Origin: an uncultured virus (IMG/VR IMGVR_UViG_3300037634_007270)
Lineage: Duplodnaviria > Heunggongvirae > Uroviricota > Caudoviricetes
IMG/VR virus record: IMGVR_UViG_3300037634_007270
Reading direction: 5' to 3' (one strand)
Length of the DNA stretch: 64,000 nucleotides
Shown here: piece after piece, positions 7,357 to 15,181 of the stretch
Position numbering within the stretch: the first letter of the stretch is position 1
Layout: every line of letters starts with the position of its first letter
Notes under the pieces: generated by a model
The model's input: only the letters and a program-made list of their open reading frames with translations
Database searches by the model: none
Told to the model about the DNA's origin: nothing
Position numbers and translations under genes: made by a program

Positions 7357-9420
7357 ATGAAATCATTGCTTACAGAGGGTGGTGCAGCAGGCCATATGGC
7401 TCACCCATTTGACCTAGATTATGTAAAAACAGGTAAAGATCTGTTGAGCTTCTTCACGGATAAGGTTCCGGAGTACCTAAAAACCAACGATCCACACATA
7501 AAAACGGATGGAGTCAATGTAAGTTTCAAACTTGTCTCGAAAACTAGCTTTTATGGAGAGGAAAAGAGGGAATTCGCTGTTGATCGAGGCAGCAAGAAGG
7601 CTATTGACATTGAGGGCATCACTATTGATCGCATTGGAGAGAGATTTGCCGAGGGGCATGGCATGCGTCCGGCTATTACTGATCTCCTTACCGCCCTGAA
7701 TGCTACTCTCGAAAGCGGTACCATCAATGAAGAACTTAAAGCTTTAGGCATGTGGGATAATCAAGATTACTTCTTGAACACCGAGTATGTAAAAGAAGAG
7801 GATGGAAAGCCTGTAAATGTTATAAAGTACGGCGAAGACTTCATTGCCTTCCACGGTGTTAACGAATTCTTTATGAAACCAAGCCCCACAGGCGTATCTA
7901 TGTCTCGTAAGAGCAAGGAAGTTGCTCCGACAAAGAACAGTTCAGCGGCTTTGGCAAGTTTCACAAATAAAGTAAGAAGATACGCTAGGGGCTATATGGT
8001 TTACGGTCCAGACGATACGAAGGCGGGTAAGAGAAAGGGTAATTCTATCAATTTTGACTCTGCTCTGAGCGAAAGGGTTACTGTATTCCTCTCTGAGGGT
8101 ACCGAAACAACCGACACTATTGGCGGTTGGCTGCGGAATCCGAACACAAAGAACCCATTTGACGCCACTATTGTGTTAGCAGATGGAAGAAAGATGGGTG
8201 CGATGTCAAAGCATGTCTATTTTAGTCTTGTTCTCGACAAGATGCCTGTGAGCGAACTGCTCGGAGGAATGGAGGGCGACAAACAACAGATGGCTATCGA
8301 CGCTATTAATGGTGCTGTATTCTATCATGCGACTAGGCTTCTAGGTAAAGCAGTTCTAGAAAGCCTATATGCTAGCTTCGGGGGGCATACTGCCGACAAG
8401 CACGAAGGCATCGTCATGAGGAGCAAAGAAGCGTTCGGCGTTACCTTCCCCATTAAGATTACCGGAGACTTCATTTACACGGGAGCAGGCGGAACTATCA
8501 GCCAGAAGATGGCGAAAGAAGAGCCGCCACAAGTTGAAGCAGGCATCAAAAGAAAGATCGCAGTGTTTCCTGGTGCTTTTAAGCCACCACACAGAGGACA
8601 CATGGATGTCGTAGAACATTTCGCAGGTATTGCCGATCAAGTTGTCATTCTTATCTCCCCTCTCAGCAGAAAGACTCCGGCGGGCAAAGAAATCAACAAA
8701 AGCGTGTCCGAGAAAATCTGGCAGATTTACATTGACGCAAAAGGAATCGGAAACAAGGTTTCTATTGGCTCATCGCCATACAACTCTCCCGTTCAGGCAT
8801 CGTTTGAGGTTCTTAAGGGAAATGTCCCTGATTTTGTGCCAGAGTTGGGCGATCTGATCATCCCCGTAGCAAGCGACAAGCCAGACAAGGGAGGAAAACC
8901 AGATTATGAAAGATTCTTGAAGTTCCACGAAGGGCTTCCGGACATGGTTCCAGGAGTCATCCCAGCTAACATAGAGGAATACTTCTATAAAGCACCCTCA
9001 GAGGGCGCTCTGAGCGCGTCAGCCTTCAGGGCGGCTCTGGATACCGGTGAAGGCTTAGAAGCATTTCTACCTACCGCTGTGAGCGCGCAAAAGGTTTTTG
9101 AGGCTTTGGGTGTTGAGCTGGAAACAGAGCCAGAAGTAGTCGAGCCAGAAGTGGATGAACCAGAAGAGCCACCGTTGCCATTCTTTATGGGCGAGAGTCT
9201 TGATGCTGAGATCGATAGATTGCTTGACGAAACATGTGGAACCGCGAAGGAGGATCCTCATCTTGAAGAAGAGGAGCTTGAAGAGATGTCTTCTAGTGGT
9301 GCCGTTGGCGGTTACGCCGGTCCTGCTGTCAAGAAGAAAAAATCTTCTAGAAGAGAAGAAGAACCAATGATTGAGGAAGTTTTAAACTATTTACTGGGTA
9401 GATTGGAGATTTTGCGATGA
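7357..9420 (+). CDS. Fusion of a polynucleotide-ligase-like nucleotidyltransferase domain and a HIGH-superfamily nucleotidyltransferase, with acidic tail
   Basis: N-terminal part has KTDG, LNTEY, IAFH, HEGIVMR and IKITG. C-terminal part has FPGAFKPPHRGH and LSASAFR. Confidence 0.65.
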   Translation: MKSLLTEGGAAGHMAHPFDLDYVKTGKDLLSFFTDKVPEYLKTNDPHIKTDGVNVSFKLVSKTSFYGEEKREFAVDRGSKKAIDIEGITIDRIGERFAEGHGMRPAITDLLTALNATLESGTINEELKALGMWDNQDYFLNTEYVKEEDGKPVNVIKYGEDFIAFHGVNEFFMKPSPTGVSMSRKSKEVAPTKNSSAALASFTNKVRRYARGYMVYGPDDTKAGKRKGNSINFDSALSERVTVFLSEGTETTDTIGGWLRNPNTKNPFDATIVLADGRKMGAMSKHVYFSLVLDKMPVSELLGGMEGDKQQMAIDAINGAVFYHATRLLGKAVLESLYASFGGHTADKHEGIVMRSKEAFGVTFPIKITGDFIYTGAGGTISQKMAKEEPPQVEAGIKRKIAVFPGAFKPPHRGHMDVVEHFAGIADQVVILISPLSRKTPAGKEINKSVSEKIWQIYIDAKGIGNKVSIGSSPYNSPVQASFEVLKGNVPDFVPELGDLIIPVASDKPDKGGKPDYERFLKFHEGLPDMVPGVIPANIEEYFYKAPSEGALSASAFRAALDTGEGLEAFLPTAVSAQKVFEALGVELETEPEVVEPEVDEPEEPPLPFFMGESLDAEIDRLLDETCGTAKEDPHLEEEELEEMSSSGAVGGYAGPAVKKKKSSRREEEPMIEEVLNYLLGRLEILR

Positions 9421-10241
9421 TGGATAGACAAGAGATGATTGAAGAAATACTTTTACGAGAAAATATACGCAAGATAATTAAAATTGTTATCAGCAAAAGA
9501 GAACAAAAGGCGCTTGATGAAGAGCAGCTATTGCGATCTGTGGTGCGGAAGATGCTCAAAGAAGAAAAAGTCGCTGTGGCGGACGATGCACCTCATGAGA
9601 AAACCGGAATCAATTATCTTCGCACAACACTAAAGAAAATTATTCCTTCAATTAAAGATGTTTATATGAGCCTGACAACTGATGAAGAGCAAAGGAAGTC
9701 TTACATCGCTCATCTCATCAATGGAATCGATAATCTATTGGCGCCAATTGAGATAAATGCTGATGCTCCCGAAGCGGCGCCAGAAGCTGCTCTTGGAGAA
9801 GGTGATTTAGAAGAGGATGTTGTAGTCTCAATAGGCGGAAAAGATGAGACGGGAGAAGAAGGGTTTATCGATATTGGAGACATTGGGCTTGAGGGTGAAG
9901 AAGAAGTGGAAGAGGAAGAGCCTGAAGATGAAGACATGTTAACAATGACTACTGGAATGAACGGAGACGAGCACGATGAGACTGGCAGAAATGCTGCTCT
10001 TGCTACCTTCAAGCAGATTCAAGGAAATGTTGTTGATGACTTCGAGCAATTGGCTGCTGACGAAGATAGAGAGCTTTATCACGATTATATTAAGACAAAC
10101 ATTCTTCTATGGAAAGATCGTTTTGAAGATGCTTTGTCTGTTGGCTTGCCAGAGCCAACTACCCCTGAGTATGAGAAAGAAAAAGAACATATCTCTGGTG
10201 GGGACAAAGAGGAAGTTGATATTAGTTCATTTGGTGTTTGA
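9417..10241 (+). CDS. acidic hypothetical protein, possible internal head protein
   Basis: ACTATTTA at 9386 and GGAG SD; leader-like helices LLRENIRKII and LLRSVVRKMLKE. Confidence 0.7.
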   Translation: MMDRQEMIEEILLRENIRKIIKIVISKREQKALDEEQLLRSVVRKMLKEEKVAVADDAPHEKTGINYLRTTLKKIIPSIKDVYMSLTTDEEQRKSYIAHLINGIDNLLAPIEINADAPEAAPEAALGEGDLEEDVVVSIGGKDETGEEGFIDIGDIGLEGEEEVEEEEPEDEDMLTMTTGMNGDEHDETGRNAALATFKQIQGNVVDDFEQLAADEDRELYHDYIKTNILLWKDRFEDALSVGLPEPTTPEYEKEKEHISGGDKEEVDISSFGV

Positions 10242-10603
10242 TGTCTTGGAAAAGAAAGAGAGAAAGAAGAGGCAGTAATGCATATTATAGTATTGCCGGC
10301 AAATTACGAAGAGATAGGAAATCAAATGAAGAATTTGAAGTGATGGTGGCTAACCTATCTCTCGAAGAAATAATTGCTCTCAAAATGGAGCTATCTTCAA
10401 AATCTACCAACGGACGGCTGTATGGGCTTCCAGTTTGGAGAAATTTATTATATATTGTAAAAGATGCTGCTTTTAAATATGCATATTCTGCAACAAGCTC
10501 TCAAAAGGAAGCCATGAGATTTCTGGGTTTGGGTGTTTCAAACTTTAGCAAGCTAAAAAAGATGTACGACCCCATCTCGTATTTTACAGAAAATGACAAT
10601 TAA
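10238..10603 (+). CDS. hypothetical protein, possible C-terminal helix-turn-helix
   Basis: Basic N-terminus; SQKEAMRFLGLGVSNF resembles a Fis-type HTH. Confidence 0.55.
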   Translation: MMSWKRKRERRGSNAYYSIAGKLRRDRKSNEEFEVMVANLSLEEIIALKMELSSKSTNGRLYGLPVWRNLLYIVKDAAFKYAYSATSSQKEAMRFLGLGVSNFSKLKKMYDPISYFTENDN

Positions 10604-10608
10604 TTTAT

Positions 10609-10637
10609 TTGACAGATGACTTAAAAAACGCTACATT
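10609..10637 (+). promoter_or_regulatory. sigma70-like promoter
   Basis: TTGACA-17 bp-TACATT in the AT-rich gap upstream of tmRNA. Confidence 0.5.
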
Positions 10638-10806
10638 ATATTATAATAAAGATCCTAAGAAGATCAAAAAGAAAAAGAAATTAAATAACTGATATTAATC
10701 ATATCTATAATATAAGGAGGTGATTATAATAACACTATTAAATTATAGAATAGATAATACTAGTTATTAACAAGCTGGCTCTGTTTATAAACCAGTAATT
10801 AATTAT

Positions 10807-11162
10807 GGGCCTGCCTTGGTTTCGACGGGGCATAGGAAATTGAAAGTGCAAGTGATCAACTCAGTTATGATCTAAACTTACTGAACAACGATAATTGCTA
10901 ATAACAATAATCACTTCGAAGTCGCTTTAGCGGCATAATCGGGAGGTGCTCAGAACCTTCTATCCAATCTGAGATAAGTGGTTGATCCCACCGAAATAAA
11001 CAAGATCAGAAATGGCTCCCTGAAAAGGTGGGGTTCGAGGCAACATAGAACCGGTGTGATTTGTTGCTATTCTGCTGAGTGGAGATGTACTCAGACAAAC
11101 TTGTGAATGACTTGATATTGAAAATGTCCCGGACATGGGTTCAATTCCCATCAGGTCCACCA
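10807..11162 (+). ncRNA. ssrA: tmRNA, tag peptide ANNNNHFEVALAA (10897-10938)
   Basis: 5' end GGGCCTG...GGTTTCGACGGG. 3' end has T-arm ATGGGTTCAATTCCCAT then CAGGTCC-A-CCA. The acceptor stem has G3:U (Ala identity) and the tag ORF ends ALAA-TAA. Confidence 0.95.
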
Positions 11163-11169
11163 TTTTAAA

Positions 11170-11382
11170 ATGAAAGAAAAGAAAAAACTCCGAAGAGGGA
11201 TGAGGGTTAAGCTCAAGACTGGACAGGAGGTTACTATTTTGGATGACCCTCCTGCTACAATCGGAAATAAAAACACAAAGATGCCCCACGGACCTATTGT
11301 ACTAGAAGGCTATGTTTTTGTCACTTCTCCAAAATATCCAAATAAAGTTTTGATGGAGAAGATAGATGACATCGACTATTAA
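11170..11382 (+). CDS. small basic KOW-like hypothetical protein
   Basis: LRRGMRVKLKTGQEVTI pattern; no clear SD. Confidence 0.55.
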   Translation: MKEKKKLRRGMRVKLKTGQEVTILDDPPATIGNKNTKMPHGPIVLEGYVFVTSPKYPNKVLMEKIDDIDY

Positions 11383-11395
11383 CTACTTATGGACA

Positions 11396-11470
11396 GACAG
11401 GCTGGGATAGGTATGCTGGGGGGGCTCTCCTTGTTCTGCAAGGAAATACCTATTTCAGTTCTGTCGTTTT
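11396..11470 (+). ncRNA. candidate small structured RNA (or complex terminator)
   Basis: A ~19-bp terminal stem (11396-11414 with 11446-11465) encloses a G7 tract and a TCCTTG/CAAGGA hairpin; ACTACTTA lies just upstream. Confidence 0.45.
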
Positions 11471-11498
11471 AATCTATTAACCACTATTTATTATCAGC

Positions 11499-11771
11499 AT
11501 GACAAAATACATGGACATGGCAATGAAAATTGCTTCTTTTTCAGTTATTCCTCTCCTTGTCTGGGTTATAAGCCTAGAAGTTGCCAATGCAGAAAGAGAC
11601 TTTCAGTTGCAAGTGCTTTATCAGCGTGTTGAAAGTCTTGAGAAAATAAATACAACAGTTCAGGAATACGCTGTTCGTCTCGGACAAGTTGATCAGAAAC
11701 TGGAGTCAATGGAAGAAACCGTTGATGAGATCCGGCAAGACATCAAGGATCTTCTCCGGAGAGAAGATTGA
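11499..11771 (+). CDS. single-TM coiled-coil protein (holin/XhlA-like architecture)
   Basis: N-terminal hydrophobic helix then heptad repeats; ACTATTTA ends 8 nt before the ATG. Confidence 0.55.
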   Translation: MTKYMDMAMKIASFSVIPLLVWVISLEVANAERDFQLQVLYQRVESLEKINTTVQEYAVRLGQVDQKLESMEETVDEIRQDIKDLLRRED

Positions 11772-12133
11772 TGCCTGAAAAGATCAAATTTGAAGATGTT
11801 AAATATATTCTAGCTTCCATCGCAATTGTGGCAGCTCTTGCCTGTTGTGTTTCTTTTTCCAAAGCAGCCACTATTGTCGATACCGCTTCTCAAAATGAAG
11901 AAGTAGAAGAAATAGTTGTTTCTGTGGAAGATGAGGAAGCAGAAACAGGACTGGCGCCAGAGATTGAAGAGAAAGATTGTGACAAGGCGATAGAGTCCAT
12001 ACAGGAGCAATCAGCAAGGATAGATGATGGCATGTCAGAGATTCAGAAAGATCTTGAAGAGCTTAAAAAAAGAAAAAAGATAAAGAAAGTAACTAAAAAG
12101 AAGATAAAGACAAAGAAAGTTATTGACAAGTAA
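11771..12133 (+). CDS. membrane-anchored acidic/coiled-coil protein with Lys-rich tail
   Basis: TM segment YILASIAIVAALACCV; TGATG coupling to the upstream gene. Confidence 0.6.
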   Translation: MPEKIKFEDVKYILASIAIVAALACCVSFSKAATIVDTASQNEEVEEIVVSVEDEEAETGLAPEIEEKDCDKAIESIQEQSARIDDGMSEIQKDLEELKKRKKIKKVTKKKIKTKKVIDK

Positions 12134-12151
12134 GTTTTAAAGTGTTATATT
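12123..12151 (+). promoter_or_regulatory. sigma70 promoter with extended -10
   Basis: TTGACA-17 bp-TATATT, with TG at 12143-12144. Confidence 0.8.
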
Positions 12152-12169
12152 CTAAGAAAGGAGAAAGAA

Positions 12170-12349
12170 ATGAATCTTTTAGAACAAATTAGAGAATTAG
12201 TTGCAATTACCGAAGAAGACTACGAAAAGTTTTACGGCAAAGGTAATGCAGCAGCAGGAACACGCGTTCGCAAGAACATGCAAGAGTTAAAAACTCTAGC
12301 CCAGGAGCTTCGCCTAGATGTTCAGAAAACTAAGAATTCAGATAAGTAG
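12170..12349 (+). CDS. histone H1-like Hc1-family small DNA-binding protein (59 aa, absent from ORF track)
   Basis: Hand translation MNLLEQIRELVAITEEDYEKFYGKGNAAAGTRVRKNMQELKTLAQELRLDVQKTKNSDK; GNxAAGTRxRK signature; AAGGAG SD. Confidence 0.85.
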   Translation: MNLLEQIRELVAITEEDYEKFYGKGNAAAGTRVRKNMQELKTLAQELRLDVQKTKNSDK

Positions 12350-12403
12350 TTTGAGGTTTACTAGACTATTTATGAGTATGAATACCTTGGGGGGTAAAAT
12401 TAA

Positions 12404-12583
12404 ATGTTTAGCAAGCTCAAGAAGCTCGGCGCGAGCTATATCGCGTTTGGAATCGGGACAATATTTGGTTCCATTGTCGCCTCGGTGGTGGGCACAATGA
12501 TATATCAGGTTGTTAACGGTAACGAAGACGCAGCAAAAATATTACAAATTACAGAGTGTTTAGAAGAGAGGGTGGAAAAATAA
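12404..12583 (+). CDS. small membrane protein (59 aa, absent from ORF track)
   Basis: MFSKLKKLGASYIAFGIGTIFGSIVASVVGTMIYQVV...; poly-G SD; ACTATTTA at 12365. Confidence 0.7.
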   Translation: MFSKLKKLGASYIAFGIGTIFGSIVASVVGTMIYQVVNGNEDAAKILQITECLEERVEK

Positions 12584-12673
12584 CTACCCCCCCCCTAAGT
12601 CCGTGGGCTGGGCTGGGTTAACCTAAAACCATTGGTGATCCGAATTAGCCCCGACGCCCTCTCTTCTATCTTT

Positions 12674-12710
12674 AGAAGCCCATCGCTTTGTCGGTGGGTT
12701 TCTTCTTTCT
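12674..12710 (+). terminator. putative intrinsic terminator
   Basis: AGAAGCCCATCG/CGGTGGGTTTCT 12-bp stem followed by TCTTTCT. Confidence 0.65.
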
Positions 12711-12754
12711 GGAACTATTTATTGGTAAGAGTCAAAGCTCGCAAAGGAAAATAA

Positions 12755-14110
12755 ATGAAGAAAATTTATGTTTTAGACACCAGTGTCTGCTTGTCTGATG
12801 CGAACTGTATCTTTGATTATGACAATAACGACATTATCATTCCTCTCAAGGTGCTAGAGGAAATTGATGGCCACAAGAAGCGACAGGATGCTGTCGGAGC
12901 CATGGCGAGATCCATCATTCGTAAATTTGATGAATTGCGCACAAAAGGAACGCTTCAAAAGGGTGTCCGGCTTGGAAAAGGCAAGGGCATTTTAAAAGTC
13001 GCATCCCATGGGGTTTCAGCCTTGCCTGATGACTTGAACTGCGAGCACAACGATCACATTATTATTTCTACTGCTCTCGCAGAAAAGTCTCTTCATGAAA
13101 AAAGAAAAGTTATTCTTGTAAGTAGAGACATCAACATGAGAGTCATCGCTGACTCTATTGGTGTCCTTTCAGAAGATTATAATAAGAATCAGGTAATAAG
13201 AAAAGAAAGTGAACTTTATTCAGGGTTTGCCAAGTATCTCGTTGATGAACAATTGGTTGATCAGTTCTATGCTGGCGAAAGTGTTTACATTGAGAGAGAG
13301 GATAAAGAAGGTTTGCTGGCAAACCAGTTTATTATGCTAGTTTCTAGTGGTAATGAGAAAAAAACCGCTCTCTGCCGTTTTATGGCATATGGTATACCCC
13401 TGCAAAAGGTTCAGGAACACAAGCAGGGTTTGTGGGGGGTAAGAGCAAGAAACAAAGAACAAGCATTTGCTCTTGACTTGCTAATGGATCCAAAAGTTCA
13501 GATCGTATCTCTCATTGGTAAGGCAGGCTCCGGAAAGACTCTATTAGCCATTGCAGCAGGCTTAGAACAGGTTATAAACAACAAGACGGTAATGAGTTCG
13601 GCTTTCGGCGCCAAGGGCGTTTTAGAGGGCATTTACAAGCGTTTAGTCGTGTCTCGTCCCATACAGCCTATGGGAAAAGACATTGGCTTTCTTCCAGGTA
13701 CGATGGAAGACAAAATGAAGCCATGGCTGGCTCCCATTGAAGATAACTTGAAGTTTCTAACCGGTGACGACAACTCTACGCTGGAAATGTACATGGAGAA
13801 GGGCATCATCGAGATGGAAGCGCTTACCTATATTCGTGGACGATCTATCGCAAATGCTTTCATTATTATTGACGAGGCACAGAACCTCTCTCGACATGAA
13901 GTGAAGACTATTCTTACGCGGGCAGGAGAGGGGACAAAAATTGTCCTTACTGGCGACATCGAGCAGATAGACAACATCTACATTAACGAAACATCAACGG
14001 GCTTAGTGCATGCAGTTGAGAGGCTCAAAAAGTTTGATATTGCCGGCCATGTTACACTACGCAAGGGCGAAAGATCGAAGCTAGCAACGGTTGCAGCAAA
14101 AAATTTATAA
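12755..14110 (+). CDS. phoH: PIN-PhoH (PhoH2-type) ATPase
   Basis: PIN domain YVLDTSV...; Walker A GKAGSGKT; IGFLPG, YIRGRSI, IIDEAQN and GDIEQID motifs. Confidence 0.92.
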   Translation: MKKIYVLDTSVCLSDANCIFDYDNNDIIIPLKVLEEIDGHKKRQDAVGAMARSIIRKFDELRTKGTLQKGVRLGKGKGILKVASHGVSALPDDLNCEHNDHIIISTALAEKSLHEKRKVILVSRDINMRVIADSIGVLSEDYNKNQVIRKESELYSGFAKYLVDEQLVDQFYAGESVYIEREDKEGLLANQFIMLVSSGNEKKTALCRFMAYGIPLQKVQEHKQGLWGVRARNKEQAFALDLLMDPKVQIVSLIGKAGSGKTLLAIAAGLEQVINNKTVMSSAFGAKGVLEGIYKRLVVSRPIQPMGKDIGFLPGTMEDKMKPWLAPIEDNLKFLTGDDNSTLEMYMEKGIIEMEALTYIRGRSIANAFIIIDEAQNLSRHEVKTILTRAGEGTKIVLTGDIEQIDNIYINETSTGLVHAVERLKKFDIAGHVTLRKGERSKLATVAAKNL

Positions 14111-14117
14111 ATAATCC

Positions 14118-14146
14118 TTGACTTTAGTAATAATATAGGTTATAAT
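14118..14146 (+). promoter_or_regulatory. sigma70 promoter
   Basis: TTGACT-17 bp-TATAAT. Confidence 0.85.
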
Positions 14147-14152
14147 TGTATT

Positions 14153-14467
14153 ATGGAGAATAAAATGAATACTGTAGAAGCAAAAACTAATATTCCGGAA
14201 GAGGGCACCCTACAAGATCTAGTAGATAAAACAAGCCCGCTCAAAGAGTGGCTCATTGCATATGTTGGAGAAAAGAATAATCCAGAAAATGATGAAGTTA
14301 CCTTAGAGATGATAGTAGAAACGATGTCAGAAGAGTTCCCAGAATTTCTTTTGGCTCTAGCAGAGGAAAATTGGATACGAGGATATCATCAAGCTCTAGA
14401 TGATGTTGAGACTGGACAAAGATTATACAATGAGCATAACCAAAAATTAAATGCTGAAGAAGAATGA
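14153..14467 (+). CDS. hypothetical acidic protein
   Basis: Starts at 14153 (leaderless) or 14165 (GGAG SD). Confidence 0.75.
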   Translation: MENKMNTVEAKTNIPEEGTLQDLVDKTSPLKEWLIAYVGEKNNPENDEVTLEMIVETMSEEFPEFLLALAEENWIRGYHQALDDVETGQRLYNEHNQKLNAEEE

Positions 14468-14479
14468 AAATCTAAAAAA

Positions 14480-15181
14480 ATGGACGATAGAATAGCAAAG
14501 ATCATTGAACTCTCTGTTAAAAAGAGTAAAGCTCAACAAAAGGAATATAAATTCTTCAGCGATATAATGGTTTATATTAAAGAGCCAATAGTAAGTGACG
14601 AAGTAGATGTTTCAGAATTTCTAAGAAATATAGAGGAGAGAGTACCCTTCTATGTTTTTGAGGATATTGATTGGATATTTATCGGCCCGTTTTCTGAGAT
14701 AAATGATAGAGACTTGGAAGCTATATATAAGGACGGCGCCATATATATATCAAACACTTTGATGACAAATCAGGATTATATAGAAAATATTATTCACGAA
14801 GCCGCTCATTCTTTGGAGTCAAAATATGGGATGTTCTTATTTGGAGATAGAAAAATAGAAAATGAATTTTTAGGGAAAAGAAAAAGATTATATTATATCT
14901 TAAAATCTGAAAATTTTGATGTCACTATCGAAGAGTTCATGGAAATAGACTACAGTGAAGAATTTGACAGATTTTTATATGAGGATATAGGGTACCCGCT
15001 CCTAGAAAATATCATTAATGGCATCTTTGTCTCTCCATATGCGGTAACTTCTTTAAAAGAATATTATGCAAATGGACTGGAGAAATACTTCATGAATGCT
15101 GATGACAGAAATTATTTAAAAAACATAAGTCCACAGCTTTATTACAAATTAGAGGAATTCATAAATGGATATCAAGATTGA
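14480..15181 (+). CDS. HExxH metallopeptidase-like protein
   Basis: IIHEAAHSLE with downstream SLKEYYA. Confidence 0.6.
   Translation: MDDRIAKIIELSVKKSKAQQKEYKFFSDIMVYIKEPIVSDEVDVSEFLRNIEERVPFYVFEDIDWIFIGPFSEINDRDLEAIYKDGAIYISNTLMTNQDYIENIIHEAAHSLESKYGMFLFGDRKIENEFLGKRKRLYYILKSENFDVTIEEFMEIDYSEEFDRFLYEDIGYPLLENIINGIFVSPYAVTSLKEYYANGLEKYFMNADDRNYLKNISPQLYYKLEEFINGYQD

Noticed and set aside
7307..7360. Short upstream frames before the ligase-like gene (MENTLVNG...; in-frame KHTRKWRLFV*KE*)
   Set aside because: Too short, no SD, and two in-frame stops. A decayed leader or stop readthrough cannot be supported.
10960..11289. 109-aa minus-strand ORF
   Set aside because: It is the antisense shadow of the tmRNA 3' end (MVDLMGIEPMS is the typical reverse translation of a T-arm and CCA end).
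12318..12500. 60-aa plus-strand ORF in the track
   Set aside because: It overlaps two better-supported 59-aa ORFs (12170 and 12404) in other frames.
12601..12660. c-di-GMP-I riboswitch suggested by CCTAAAACCATT
   Set aside because: The GNRA-tetraloop stem and other conserved elements are missing; kept only as generic structure.
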